From positions 200,439 through 264,438 of the forward strand of contig NMRA01000582.1 in NCBI GenBank assembly GCA_002633005.1: 64,000 nucleotides of DNA, read 5' to 3'. The stretch comes from Phoronis australis (lineage: Eukaryota > Animalia > Phoronida). The notes beneath the pieces were generated by a model that saw only the letters and a list, made by a program, of their open reading frames with translations, did no database searches and had not been told where the DNA came from. The number at the start of each line of letters is the position of its first letter. The stretch's first letter is position 1. Shown here one piece after another: positions 1 to 12,559 of the stretch. A program made the position numbers and the translations under genes.

Positions 1-585
1 ACATTTTAAACTTTTAATAAATGATGTGACGTGAGGCATTTTAAGCCCGCCATTTTCATAATTTTGTATAATAACTTTTCTAGCGACCCTATCAATCTTA
101 AAGTTCCAAATGTAGCCAAATATGAGTTTTCCAATCGTCGCAGCGTTACTTAATCAGGTGAAGGGATACTCGCGAAAATGTAGATTAACTTGGGAATCAC
201 TAATGTTTTGATAACAGTAATACGCCCAACAGTACTTATAATTCTTCCTGACCAGAATTTAATCACGCTTTCAATGTCTAGAAGTTTATTATTGTAATTC
301 AATTCCACAATATAGTTTAACCCAGGGTTGAATGAAATTCTGAGCAATGGAAATTGTTTAATTTCCCAGTGCAAATTTATGTGGCTACATAATCTTCGGA
401 AAGAATTCCTCATAGACCCCAGCTAAACACAGTTTTTCCAAATTAGGCTTAGGCCCTGAAAATTTGGCAACCTGTTTTACAAGAGAAAGAGAAGAACTAA
501 AGGAACGTTCCCACACCTCTAGTAGAATGGCAGTGTTGTCTGCATACTGTATTAATTTAAATTCTTTGTTTTTTATTTTTATTCT
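1..585 (-). mobile_element. Tx1/L1-like LINE ORF2 relic (C-terminal half of RT), interrupted by the LTR element
   Basis: Minus-strand peptides IKNKEFKLIQYADNT (YADD-like), GRITVIKTLVIPKLIY and GGLKMP are typical of L1/Tx1 ORF2; frameshifted; homology stops at the LTR start (586). Confidence 0.85.
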
Positions 586-1297
586 TGTCAGAATATAGTG
601 TGACAGTATTTTTAGTTGCATTGTTTTGTTTTGTTATTCTGTTTGATTGGCATGACCCCTGAGTTAAGTACATGATGATGTAATTTGTTTACTGCAGTAT
701 AGTGTGGAACTTTCTAGAAGACTCTAGTATGACAGTGATTAATGCAGTCTGGAATATTCTAGAGACTAATACATGTTTGTAGAATGATTAGGTATGTTCC
801 AGAAAGTTCTGGTATGTGCTTGAATTGATGAAAAGTTCTAGAACAATGCATTAGGCTACGGGTTTGTGTTAGTCAGTTGAATCCAAGAAGATCACGTCAG
901 TTCAAGTTCAAGAGAAGATCAAGTCGGGAGATCAAGTGAGATCAAGTAAGTTCAAGAAAGTTAACCAGGAGAACTACAGTTGGGTTGCAGTGAAGAGAAT
1001 CAGCAGTTACAGCGATAGTCAATAGAGAGCCAGCTATAGAGACAACAAGTTATTGAATCGAGTGTAACAGTTGCTGAACGTGTCTCAGAAGTTCATCACT
1101 AGTCAAGGCTTCGCAGCACTGGCTGGAGCATAAACAGACATTAAGTCGGACGTTTTGTTTGAGTAGGCTTGTGAACATACGGTCGGGATTAATAAAGGAT
1201 TAACTCGAAGCAGTTTTCAGTCAATCGTCGCACCGAAAGCTATTAGCACCGGTCTGTAACAGCCTGCGCCCACCCATACGCGGGGAAAAACGTGACA
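586..1297 (+). mobile_element. 5' LTR (712 bp) of a Gypsy retrotransposon
   Basis: Begins TGTCA (586) and ends TGACA (1297), i.e. inverted termini; AATAAA at ~1191; immediately followed by a PBS and gag. Confidence 0.8.
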
Positions 1298-1299
1298 AT

Positions 1300-1317
1300 T
1301 GGCGAGCACGCCAGGAG
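1300..1317 (+). promoter_or_regulatory. Primer-binding site, probably tRNA-Arg
   Basis: TGGCGAGCACGCCAGGAG two bases after the LTR end; close to the complement of the tRNA-Arg(ACG) 3' end (TGGCGAGCCAGCCAGGAG for the vertebrate tRNA). Confidence 0.75.
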
Positions 1318-1372
1318 CTTACTGACGGTAACAAGGTGTGATAAAGTGGACTGTTGGAATTAGCGACTCACT

Positions 1373-3153
1373 ATGGAGACAAATCTCAACTAAGAGAGTT
1401 GATGGCCCTCAGACAAGAAATGGGTCTGCAGGGAGACGGCCTCAGACAGTTTGTGGAGAAACAACAAGCTGAGGCGCGTGCTGAGGCTGAGGCTGAGGCT
1501 GAGGCGAAGGAGAGAAGGCAAGCTCGTGAAGCTGAGGAGAGAAAGCAAGCTCGTGAGGCTGAAGAGAGAAGGCAAGCGCGAGAGGCTGAGGCCGAGGAGA
1601 GGAGGCAAGCCCTCGAAACTGAACAGGTTGCAGCGGAGGGTAGCCATGTTAGATCAACTGGTGGTGTAAAGCCAAAGCTACCTAAGTTTGACGAGAAGCA
1701 GGACGATATGGACAACTTCCTGGAAAGGTTTGAAAGATACGCAGAGAGACAGGGTTGGACACAGAGTGAATGGGCAATTAGTCTCAGTCCCCTGTTAACA
1801 GGTAAGGGCCTGCAGGTTTATACTAGCCTTTCTATGGCTGATGCACTGGACTATGCTACACTCAAAAGAGCCTTGCTAAAGCGCTATGAGCTGACTGAAG
1901 AGGGTTTTCGCAGACAGTTCCGGGAAGCGAGGGCCGAGAAGGGCGAGACAGCACACCAGTTTGTGGCACGCATACAGCGTTACCTAGACAGGTGGATCGA
2001 CATGTCCGACTGTGGCAAAGACTTTGCTGAGTTGAGAGACTTGTTAGTGCGGGAGCAGTACGTTAACACTTGTACTAAGGACTTGGCCTTGTTCCTGCGA
2101 GAGCGGACACCCAAGACTGTTCCAGAGATGGTGAGCTTAGCAGAGAGATATATTGAGGCCCATGGAGTGGATATAACGAGCACCCAGTGGAAAAAGTCCC
2201 AAGAGCGACCAGTCAAGACACTGACAACCAGAGAGTCGATCAGAAGGAAAATGACCTCGCACAGGAAAGGTGTTTCTTCAGTCACAAAACTGGACACCTG
2301 GCTAGAGAATGTCGGAAGCGGACACAAGGGATGCAACACCAAAAGTCAGCAGCGGTCAACCACCGAGGTTCCCAGAGCAAAGAGGATTCGGTGAAGCGCG
2401 CTAATCCTGAACGCGCGTTCAAAGGAATGCTGTGTCTGAAGGAGGGGTATGTCGGCACGAAGAAGGTCTCGGTATTGAGAGACACAGGCTGCACAACCAT
2501 TGTGGTTCGGTCAAGTCTAGTTGAACCAGGAGATATGACCTGCCGGAAGTGGTCATGCGAGTTGGCGGACTCTACCAAGAGATGGCTGCCTGTCGCAAAG
2601 ATCAACATCAAGACACCGTACTACACAGGAGAAGTGTTTGCGATGTGCATGGAGCGTCCAGTGGCCGATTTGATTATCGGGAACGTACCTGATGCCTTGA
2701 ACCCAGGAGATGTTGAGCGACAGCAGAGAGCAACAACTGCCAACGAGGATAGTACAGGCAATAGCCTTGTGGAGAGTCCGAAAGATGACTCTCAAGAGGG
2801 TACTACTTCTCAAGAGAAGAAGCAAGTGACCTCAACTCTAGAGGGAGGAGAGGTGGCCGACATGTCGGTAAAAACAGATCCTGATGAATCCAGCAGGGAA
2901 GCGGTAGCAGTGACTACCAGGGCTCAAGCAGAGCAACAAAAGGCAGACATTAAACCGTTAGCTGTGTCTCCAACCATACAACAGGTGGGACTAAAGCAGT
3001 TCAAAGAAGCCCAGCATGAAGATTAATCAATGAAAAAGTTATGGGAGCAAGCTGAAGCCAAAGTTAAGCGACAGACCAAAGGCAAGGGGTCATATGTGAT
3101 GGAGATTCAGAGAGGAATACTCAATCGGATATTCAAGAAGAGAGATGGTGACG
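1373..3153 (+). pseudogene. Gypsy (Gmr1-like) gag-protease-integrase start, disabled, cut by an assembly break
   Basis: Coiled-coil (EA/ERRQ repeats); capsid/SCAN-like PKLPKFDE..FLERFERYA..LVREQY; degenerate zinc knuckle CFFSHKTGHLAREC; aspartic protease LRDTGCTTIVV (2481); frameshifts near 1380 and ~2200; stop at 3024; ends at N 3154. Confidence 0.9.
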
Positions 3154-3154
3154 N

Positions 3155-4400
3155 AACACATAACTTGGAATCTTTAAGCAAAATATTAACCCAATCTCTG
3201 GACTTTTCGCCAAAATTAAATAAATTCAGCGTTTTTTAATGAAACGCCCGGATATCGAATCAAACGGTTTCTCAAAATCTATAAGTAACAGTAGACCAGG
3301 TATGTTTTCCTGAAATGTATAATGCATAATATCATACAGTAAACGCGTATTTTCACCGATGAATCTGCCAACCATAAAGCCCTTCTGGTTGTCACTTATT
3401 AATTTGTTCAAAACCATCTTTATACGTTGGGCTATAACAACTGAAAAAAGTTTATAGCATGTATTCAAAAGGGATATTGGCCTCCACTTTCTTAGCAGGT
3501 TGCGTGATTGATCTTTTTCGGAATAAGTGTTATTATACCCTGCTTCTGCGGCTGTGCAAGGTAGCTACTGAGAGTCGCAATTAGCGCCCTGTAAACAAGA
3601 AACCGATATCTTTCCAAAAAACTTAAAAAAATTCTGGAGGAAAGCCGTCTGAACCCGGTGACTTATTATTTTTCATTTTCTTAAGTACGCCTTCAACCTC
3701 CTCCATAGTCACATCTTGGTCAGGTAAAGTACTCTCAGCATGCAACAGTCCAGGCACAATAAATGTGCCCAGATAATCGTGACGATTAATATTGTCGACT
3801 TCTGCATCTTTACATTTGTAAAGGTCACAATAGAAGGTCATGAACATTAATATTGTCAAGTTCTGCATCTTTACATTTGTAAAGGTCACAATAGAAGGTC
3901 ATGAACATTAATATTGTCAAGTTCTGCATCTTTACATTTGTAAAGGTCACAATAGAAGGTCCGTATTGACTTCAGTATATCATTCTGATCACATAATGTT
4001 TGACCGTTTGTATCAGTTAAACTGTTTGTGTTCTTCTGAACAAAATTCTTCTTCTCAAGTCCACAAGAATATTTTCTTGGCTTCTCGCCATTTTCAATGG
4101 AGCAAGCACGTGATGTTATGAGAGAGCCTATAAGCTCGTGTGCTCGGAGTTCCTGTTGCTGAGATTGTTGATTCTTGTAAATATTACTCAAAATATCATC
4201 ATGGTGATGATCCAAAAAATCATGCAATAATTGAATTTGGAGCTCGAAAAGGGCTTTCTTAGCAGATATCTGTTTTTTCCTCAAGAAACAATAGCAAATT
4301 TCCCCACTTTCATCAAAAGGAAATCAAGGAATAAATTGCTTTCAATAGTGAGTTCACCATCCGGTATCTGATTTATGTTGTCAAAATTGTTATCATTTAT
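3155..4400 (-). mobile_element. Tx1/L1-like LINE ORF2 relic (linker and N-terminal RT)
   Basis: Peptides NGEKPRKYSCGLEK, KNNKSPGSDGFPPEFF, NQKGFMVGRFIGENTR, LLLIDFEKPFDSI; several frameshifts. Probably the same copy as 1-585. Confidence 0.9.
3785..3961. repeat. 61-bp tandem triplication inside the LINE
   Basis: Unit ATTAATATTGTC.A.TTCTGCATCTTTACATTTGTAAAGGTCACAATAGAAGGTCATGAAC repeated ~2.9 times; breaks the reading frame. Confidence 0.95.
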
Positions 4401-4419
4401 AAACGAGTACAAAAACAAA

Positions 4420-5620
4420 AATAAGTACAACCATTCATTCACGCATGCACACCTCATGAGAGACCATTCTCTTTTCTCGTATAAAGTAAACAACTGCTAC
4501 ATAGAGTTAACGTGAGCAAAATTTTCCCATTTCGCAAAGAAGCTGTATTATACAATTTGTTATGCAATTTATTTTTCAGTATTACAGTACTCATAAGTAT
4601 ATGTAACAAACTTGTGAAAATTAGGTATATTTTTGCGACATCTGTCCTTGTAAATGTACTGTTTGGCTAGTAGAAGCAAAATGTTAAGTAGAAAATCATG
4701 AGTCTCATGAAGTCCAAGAATAACACGTTCGTACGACAGACAGTTGGGAAGCTGAATGAGACACTTTTGAAGTAGCTTTCCGAATTCCTTCCAGAAATCT
4801 TGTTCAAGGCGACATTTCCCCACAAAGGTGTGACAGCGTCTCTAGAGCTTTATTACAAAAGGAACATAAATTAGAATCCCGAACACGTATTTGACTAAAA
4901 CGATATTTTTTGCAATAATCCTGTGTAGTATTCTAAATTGGAACCCTCTAATGTTGGGATCCTTTGTAATTTCATAAGGCAATGTGTATATTTTTCTCCA
5001 ATCCTAACTCTATTTCCCATTTACACTCTGACTTAGAAGGTTTCTTAATGTCATTAAAGACTGAACAAATAATTATGTCTACAACCCTTCAAATCTTTCC
5101 GTAAGTGAATAATTGCTCAAAGCATGCAAGAAGAGTAGACATTAATTCTTTTAAATTTATTTTGAAATAGACTTTTTTGAAACCTTCTTAGAACAGAAAC
5201 AACACCATTACATTAAACAAAAACGGTTTTTACATAGAACTCATTTTCATATGGTTCAAACTAACGAAATCACCATCAGAGTTATAAAAATCTCTAATAA
5301 ATCTTACGCTATTTACAAAACAATGCTTATAAAAATTACGTGCACCTCCAATCGCCAGGTTACTATTAAACCACAAAGGTCGATTCAAAAAGTCCTCAAT
5401 ACAATTATTTTCTTGTAGAAAGATGTCATACTTCCAAATACGTCGCGCCAGTAGGAATTGCCAATTGGAGTTAACTTCGACTTAATAAAGTCATCTCCAA
5501 ATGTAGCAAAATTCTTTAAGAACGGGTAGAGCGATTACAGTATTTTACCACTTTTAGACGCAGGGCTTTCAAGATATCTACGGGACATGGCGAGTTTTGA
5601 AGCTTTGCTGAAAGAATGTA
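4420..5620 (-). mobile_element. Second, 5'-truncated Tx1/L1-like copy (post-RT region, C-terminal zinc-finger region, 3' UTR)
   Basis: Peptides LWFNSNLAIG, FQFRILHRII, and LLNILLLLAKQYIYK resemble the L1/Tx1 ORF2 C-terminus. Confidence 0.75.
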
Positions 5621-6413
5621 TGAATTTTGTATATTTTATTGTGAACTGTGGGCCGGTGGCTTCTTGTTTAAATAAAGTTTTTGTCACTGTGTAACCGTGT
5701 AGGTGTTAGTTGGTATCAGGTGACTTATAAGCTCACGAGGCAGGGAATGTGTACAGTGTAAATTTGTTTATTTTTTGTTTTGTATTTTGCGATGCAACCA
5801 TGTCACTATTACAAAAATAAATATTACAAGTTTCCAACAAATACCACGCTTATTCTAATCGCCAGTATACGAGAAGCCAGCGACAAAAATCCCAGATCAT
5901 ACCAAGTGCATGGGAAGATGGCGACTGGAAAGAGCCACGCCACTAGCGATCCTACTGGCGAAATAAATGTGCAAGTCATGTTGACGTTCAAACTTCAATT
6001 CCATGCCTAATGCTTTTAACGGGGATCGGTAATATTGTATAGTTGGCATTTTGTGAAGCAATTGACAATTGTTCGACATGATCCTACTCCTACCATCACC
6101 AAATATAAACTGTATTTCTATGTAAATCGCCATTAGACCAACGGTGCAAAATGCAATGGAAATAAACACCAAAAAGTCTTAGAAGCTTATCTCCTGCAAA
6201 CATAACAGGTAATACGCTTGAATTGTTAAGTAAGAGTTCCTAATTTTTTTCTACGTTCGAGTTCAAGACGCCTAATTTATTTATTAAATGAAAACTCGTT
6301 GTCCTAGGCTTGAATAGGTTTCACGTACGCTGTTTCTGGAAAGGCATAACATATTTTAAAGTAGTTGCCCTCGATTCTAATCAAATGTAAAATATTAAAA
6401 CTGTCTACGTCCT

Positions 6414-7005
6414 GTGACGAACGTGTAGTATATCGTGCGTTTCTCACCGGCATCCTGATCTGAACTACACCTGCGGACACAAATAGAACGATGTATGCCT
6501 GATAATAAGGCATTGTCTATTTCCTAGAATTCCTGATTTGCAGAAATTACCAGGCCCTGGGAATTAAAAATATCTGAACACCCTATTTGTCATAAAATGT
6601 GAGGTTTTATTTCAGTGCATGGCGGTCTAAAAGAGGCTCCACATTTTCAAAGTGTCAATTCAAATTGCAATACAATAGTGCTGAATTACCATCAATAGTC
6701 TTTTACGTGACGAATGTGTAGTATGTCTTGCATTTTTTCACCTTCAACCCGATCTGATTTACACCTTGTGGCACAAAAAACAGAACGCTGTATGTCTGAT
6801 ATCTGAATAAGGCATTGTCCATTTCCTAGAACTCCAGGTGTTCAGAAATTACCAGGCCCTGTGAATTGTAAAAAAAGTCCTGAACACCCTATTTATCATA
6901 AAATGTGACGTTTTATTTCAATGCATGGTGGCCTAAAAGTGACTCCACATTTTTAAAGTGTCAATTCGAATTGCAATCCAACATTGCTGATTTGCCAGTC
7001 TTTTG
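6414..7005. repeat. Diverged tandem duplication, ~295-bp unit x2
   Basis: Shared blocks TGACGAA.GTGTAGTAT, AATAAGGCATTGTC.ATTTCCTAGAA, CAGAAATTACCAGGCCCTG and CTCCACATTTT occur twice about 295-310 bp apart. Confidence 0.85.
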
Positions 7006-7400
7006 CGTCTCTATTTTTTCCTTCCAACAAGAACTAGTTGCTGCAATTGTATTCATACGCCAATCTGAATAAAAAGTCGCGCATGAAAGAACAACGTTCA
7101 TAATTGATCGGCTTACCGTCGAGTCCAAGCAAGCTTAAATAATGGGCCTGGAAGCTCTAAGAACGTCAAACATTTGACCAGCTCAGGGCTAAGTGCACTT
7201 GCAAATCTACAAAAATCTTCACTTCATCTGTGTCAGTATCGCGATTGTTATGCATGCAAAAAGTGGAGACGTGATTTGAAGGTAAAGTACAAAAGCTTGG
7301 TCTTGCTGTATTAGAAATGTATGGCGTCGTTTGAAGATTTACACAAGATAGGTTTCGCAAAGCGAGATGAACGTGAATTATCAAGCATACTTAATTGGGG

Positions 7401-7804
7401 TCAGGGTGTCCAGTTATTGTAGACCTAGTACATGTAAGCTAGTTTACAAAAAACTTAAAAGTCACTCTGCCAATACAACTTCTTTTACGTGAAAAAGTCG
7501 TGTCTACGAGCTTCCGTGAGTAATAGTCAAGTCTTAAAATGCAAAATTTATTTGCAGTTTAAAATAAATAGATGCATAGATGCCGGTGTGTGCTGGATAT
7601 TTTCGAACTAAAATGGGTTTTTAACAGGTATAATCTTGTGTTGTTAAATTTTTTCATGCTTCTATTTTATTTTAAACTCCAAATAAATAAAATTCGCATT
7701 TTAGCAGTTGATCATTTTTCACTGGAGGTCGTAGAAACGACTTTTTCACATTCAACATATGTTTCTTTCTAGTGGATATGTACTGCCATAACTGGACACC
7801 CTGA
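7401..7804. mobile_element. MITE with terminal inverted repeats
   Basis: TCAGGGTGTCCAGTTAT at 7401 and ATAACTGGACACCCTGA ending 7804; no clear TSD. Confidence 0.7.
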
Positions 7805-8017
7805 GCTCACTTATTCACGTTTACTTTCACACTCGCGTAAAAATTAAGCATTTTTGTTACTGTAGCGTGAATCGGCACGCGCAATTACGTATGCGTCATA
7901 ATTCACATTCACGTCGGTTTGCAAAATCTCTCTAGTATCTACGACTAAATTTACGGCCACTCTACTTTTCACAACAAAACCTAACAGAAAGCCTGTTAGT
8001 TTTGATCTCAAGGATAC

Positions 8018-8202
8018 CAGTTTTTGTTTCAAAATCGTTTTAAGGAACGTAAGTGGGTTTGAGTAATGTGGAAGTACATTCAGTTTTCAGTTTCAAAATC
8101 GTCTTTTTGGAACTGCTCCCGGCCTAGGATTGAGTAGTGTGAAGCGTCAGTTTTGGTTTCAAAATCGTTCACCTAGAAATACCTCGGTATTGTGTAGTGG
8201 AC
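8018..8202. repeat. Degenerate ~65-bp tandem repeat x3
   Basis: CAGTTTT..TTTCAAAATCGT and TG.GTA.TG recur three times. Confidence 0.65.
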
Positions 8203-8613
8203 GAACCTCAGATTTAGCGCTGTAACAAATCAATGATATTTCAAGGTAGCATGACAAACCATGTTTGGGTTCAAAATCACATCCCTGGCTTTCTTATTTA
8301 CAGACGTTTAAGTACTTCACTAGTCAGAGAGGCATGTCATGTGCCACTATGTTTACATATGATGTTAAATCTATGTGTAACTATTTTCTTCCAGGAATTC
8401 CTCAGTTTTAAAATACCTATTCTTTAGTATGTATATTTTTATTAATATTCCTACATGATTTGTTGATTGCTGTATATATTTTTGCATTACCATTTCTTCA
8501 TATTTTAGTATTTATCATTGTTTACCGTTTCTTTATATTTTAGTATTTATCATTGTTTATACTATCTGCATGTACGTCCATTTTAAGTTTAAAAACTCTT
8601 GATTATGAATGGT

Positions 8614-9055
8614 CGTTAGGGGAAGTGTCGCCGTAAAATTACGCCGCAAATAATTACTTTACGCCGAAACTAATTACTTTACGCCGGAAATTGTTACTTT
8701 TCGCCGGTACTTTACGCTGCAAACAATTGCTTTACGTCGTTAAAATACGCTTCAAATAATTACTTTACGCCATCAAATTATGCCGCAAATTATTACTTTA
8801 CGCCGCAAATTATTACTTTTCGTCGTTAAATTACGCTGCAAATAATTACTTTACGCCGCAAAGAATTGCTGTACGCCGCAAATAATTACGCCTCTAGCAC
8901 GTAATGTAATGGCATCAAGTAATTCAAATAATTATTTTATGCCTTAAATAATTACTTAACGCAGCAAATGATTACTTTACGCCGCCAAAATAATTTGTAC
9001 TACTAATGAGAATTAATTTACGCTCATAATTTTACGGCGACACTTTCCCCCAACG
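8614..9055. mobile_element. Foldback-type MITE with internal ~22-bp repeats
   Basis: Inverted ends CGTTAGGGGAAGTGTCGCCGTAAAATT / AATTTTACGGCGACACTTTCCCCCAACG; interior is tandem TTACGCCGCAAATAATTACT units. Confidence 0.85.
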
Positions 9056-9391
9056 GTCTAAAATACTTCAGCTCTTGATTATTTTTATCTTATTAGTTGT
9101 AGAGCATGTAGTTTGAATTTCTTGATGTAGTCTTCGTGTGAAGTTTGAACAGTGTCTCTTTTAGCTTTTTTAGCTGAGAGGTGTTGTAAACAACAATCAT
9201 ATCATCTACTACATAATAACAATAATAATACTGCGTAGTAATAGTAATATCGATAATGTTGACAATAATTACAGATATGCATATAATGACCATGGTAAAA
9301 ACCGTGCAACACCTCGAGTTACTAGGAGACCTCTTGCCTAAACATTTTTGTAGCACCAACTTGCTGTGCAAAAATCTTTTGTACAGCATAC

Positions 9392-9408
9392 GCTTTCACT
9401 TTCACTTT
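9392..9408 (-). promoter_or_regulatory. IRF-E/ISRE-like motif (AAAGTGAAAGTGAAAGC)
   Basis: Plus strand GCTTTCACTTTCACTTT; matches the GAAAGT-repeat IRF1/2 consensus; ~3.1 kb upstream of the candidate ATG. Confidence 0.4.
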
Positions 9409-9624
9409 GACGATCAGTTTGTTTAAGTTTGAGTGTATTCATTAGGCACTATGTGGTTGCCGTATTCTGAGCAAGTTTATTCATTTATTTAATTTAGCTT
9501 TAATTTAATTTATAAATATCAATGTAAATAGTATTCATTTAATATAACTTAATTTTGTCTAACTTAATTTAATATAATTTATTGTTGTGAGAGGACCATG
9601 CTGTATATTAGCCTTTTATTAAAG

Positions 9625-9750
9625 TATTATTGTTGTTGTCGTTGTCGTTATTATCAATATCATTGTCATGGTTATTGCTATTGTTATTGTTATTATTGTT
9701 ATAATTATTGTTATTATTATGATTATTATTAGTGTTATTGTTATTATTAA
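9625..9750. repeat. (TTA/TTG)n microsatellite
   Basis: Direct reading; it produces the spurious poly-Asn ORF. Confidence 0.95.
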
Positions 9751-9922
9751 GCGTCACTGCAAGAAGGGCGGCTAACTCTGTTGCAAATACACGGCAATAT
9801 CTCGCGGAGCCTTGAGAGATCTTTCTTTCCAGTGAGACACTAGCGATCTGAACGCTGCCCGGGAGTGGTTCTTTTGTAATGAACGGGGTGGGTATTGTCA
9901 GATTCTGTTCAGCGGCTATCGC

Positions 9923-10060
9923 CAAGGGCGGATCCAGGATTTTGAGTTGGGGGCAGGATTTTGCCCATTAGACATTCGCACCCCCGCACTGCCAATCGGA
10001 ATCTGAGATAATTTTAAGGAGTGGCAAGTCCCCCTTGACCCTCCTCTAAATCCGCCACTG
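9923..10060. mobile_element. Short hAT-like MITE (CAGTGGCGGA family)
   Basis: CAAGGGCGGATCCAGGATTTT...AAATCCGCCACTG; homologous to 12066 and, inverted, to 57668. Confidence 0.75.
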
Positions 10061-10209
10061 AACATTATCGACATCATAAAAATATCAGTTAGAGAGAAAA
10101 CAGTTTCATTTCTGTTTATCAAAGGCAAGATTCGTGAATAGTGCGGCTGTCTATGCGGGAGTCATATGGTCTCATAAAAACCTTCGTTTTTTTGCTTCTC
10201 CTGGTTTTA

Positions 10210-10221
10210 GAAAGTGAAAGT
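10210..10221 (+). promoter_or_regulatory. IRF-E/ISRE-like motif GAAAGTGAAAGT
   Basis: Exact IRF1/2-type core; a further AGTTTCATTTC lies at 10102-10112. Confidence 0.4.
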
Positions 10222-12065
10222 TAATCTATTTCCTAAAAGCTAAAGCTCTCGAAAACACGTGCTCCACAGGTGATCCATAAAAAGTACCAGATCAGTTTTC
10301 AGGTCGCTTAATTGTTTAGATTAAGGATGTTTTCCGAATCTTGAATCAAAAACCTATTGTTGCAGGGAAACTAAAATCGAACACCGGATCGATTCCTGCA
10401 TGTTCCCGAATGGATTAATTAGTTCTTAGCAAACGATTTTCGTTACCTATACACAGTATTATTGAATATTATGAACACTTTAGTTTACATTTAATAATTA
10501 CATTTTCAGACTATGAGTGCAATGTGAATAAAAATGTCAGTCTTTGAAACATTTTAAGTATGAGATACTTCAGAAATATGAAAGACAATCTTTGGAGTTC
10601 GAGACTTGATGAAATGTTATTTCGTACAGTAATTAACCAATATGAACGTTGAAAAGACTGCTGCATAACAATAGCACAATATGCTCGTTGCTCGGCAACA
10701 GTAAACAGAACTAGTTGATTGGTGGAATATCTATGTTGAAAGACATATAAAATCAATGGATCTAATAACGGTCTCTTATTAAACGATAGACAAGATTTTA
10801 CGAGTTGCCACAAGGTTTTGATTTATTTTTAATCCACCAACTCAACTTTTCCAAAATAGTCGGTCTTAGTCTTACAATCATGGTTTTTCTAGGGACACTA
10901 ATGATTATTTCCACCATTGCCACTAATAAGTGGCCAGAACGCATGGCTTTAGAGATCGTAATTCCCCGATTTACACAGCGTTCTGATGCAGAAAAAAATC
11001 GGTTTGATTTGAATTTAATTGTCTTGTTCACCAAACTCGGTTCCAGTAACATTAAACTGGAAGCTTAAATGAATTGTGCCAATTCAGGGGTGCATAAAGG
11101 GAGCCGGACATACTCTCCTCAATGAATTGCGGGCTTCAGGGATGAACCAAGGCCGGGCGGCAGTCCAGAGAAGAATCATAGCGAAACATGGACAAGAAAG
11201 AAAATTCAAGAAAAACTTTGTCAGCCACCAGTGCTTGATTTACCTTTAAGGGCTCTGACCAAGACATCGACCTTACTTTTGAAGCATGGATCGTCTATTT
11301 GCACTTGAAAACGTGAACTTTATCATTCATATAATGAATTTTCAAAGTGCAACTTCTGCAGAGCATGTTAATTCATTGTATTTTTTAAATTCCAGAAGAC
11401 AATTTTAAGGAATGTTAAACTGTATTTCTCTTTTAATTAATACTGGAGCCATCTGTCGCATCCCTTGTGATTATTCTCGAGACTGTTTATAACTTGATAA
11501 AAATTGAAAACCTGGCATATAGCATTCAATTGCTGCTCATTGCCTTTTTTCGGAAATTTACTTTCATTTCACTTATTTGCACTCGAGGGCATGGGCCCAC
11601 AGTACATATACAACAGAGAATGTTTTTATTGATTAGTTCGTAAGATGCCACTCACGGAGAGAGTGCCCGATAGTTTCGGAGTGACATCTTCATGTAAATA
11701 CTAAAATCGACAGATTCATAAATATTTTTGAAGCTGCTAAGAACTGGTTATGATTCAGTGACTTAAGTTGCAGGCTGAAGTAAAGAAAATCACCCGTTCC
11801 TCAAATAAACAACATACACTTAACGAAATTTACCTATCTGAAAAACAGTAAAAAATACAAATGAAATTCGAAATGTTTTACAGTGTGCCTCACCCGTATT
11901 CACCTCCACCTATGTCGTACAAGAGGGGGGGGTCGATACAAAATTTGCAACATCGGGAGAATGGGAAGGTGGTGGCGACGGGATATGATATTTACCTTCT
12001 TATGGGTGTGCACCGTGAAAGTTATATTAGTTGAGCCCATGACTTTCACAAACTCGAATTAGTTG

Positions 12066-12228
12066 CAGGGCGGATCCAGGATTTTGAGCTGGGGGGGGCC
12101 AGGGCAGAGTATTAGCCAGGGTTTTGCCTGTCATTCGCAGACATTCGCACGCCCGAACTGTCAAATGGAATCTGGGAGAATTTTAGGGGAGCGATGGCTC
12201 CGTTGGCCTCCCTCTAAGTCTGCCACTA
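12066..12228. mobile_element. Short hAT-like MITE (CAGTGGCGGA family)
   Basis: CAGGGCGGATCCAGGATTTTGAG...CTCTAAGTCTGCCACTA; similar to 9923-10060. Confidence 0.75.
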
Positions 12229-12251
12229 TTCGCAAACAGAAGTGTCACTTN

Positions 12252-12318
12252 TACATATATGTGCGAGTGTGTGTGTGTGTGTGTGCATGTATGTATGTAT
12301 GAATGTATATATGTATGC
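12252..12318. repeat. (GT)n/(ATGT)n microsatellite beside an assembly break
   Basis: Direct reading after N at 12251. Confidence 0.9.
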
Positions 12319-12522
12319 AAGTATTTCTGAATGTAAATTTTGTAGGGGCAAATATAATCTATTAGATTGCATTTCTATAATTTTATAGTTAAACCAAGTT
12401 GCCTGTATCAAAAAATGCCATGCACCTTTTTTAAGTGTTCATGTGCAACTCATTTGATAAACTGCACGTACTTAACATAGTATATATGTGGAGCTTTTAT
12501 TCTTTTCAGGGACCAATCTAAA

Positions 12523-12559
12523 ATGGATGACAGCGAAAACGTAACTCAGGGGCCGTATG
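12523..12559 (+). CDS. Candidate first coding exon (MDDSENVTQGPY), exon 12510-12559
   Basis: Strong acceptor TTATTCTTTTCAG|G at 12510; AAAATGG start context; donor G|GTAAAT (phase 1) matches the next exon. Confidence 0.5.

Noticed and set aside
5710-5720. TGGTATCAG as an iMet PBS
   Set aside because: Only ~9 bp match, with no LTR end before it or gag after it.
9608-9925. Poly-Asn ORF
   Set aside because: Translation of a microsatellite.
10511-11310. Possible extra upstream coding exons
   Set aside because: All plus frames contain stops and no motif is recognisable; could be UTR or decayed sequence.
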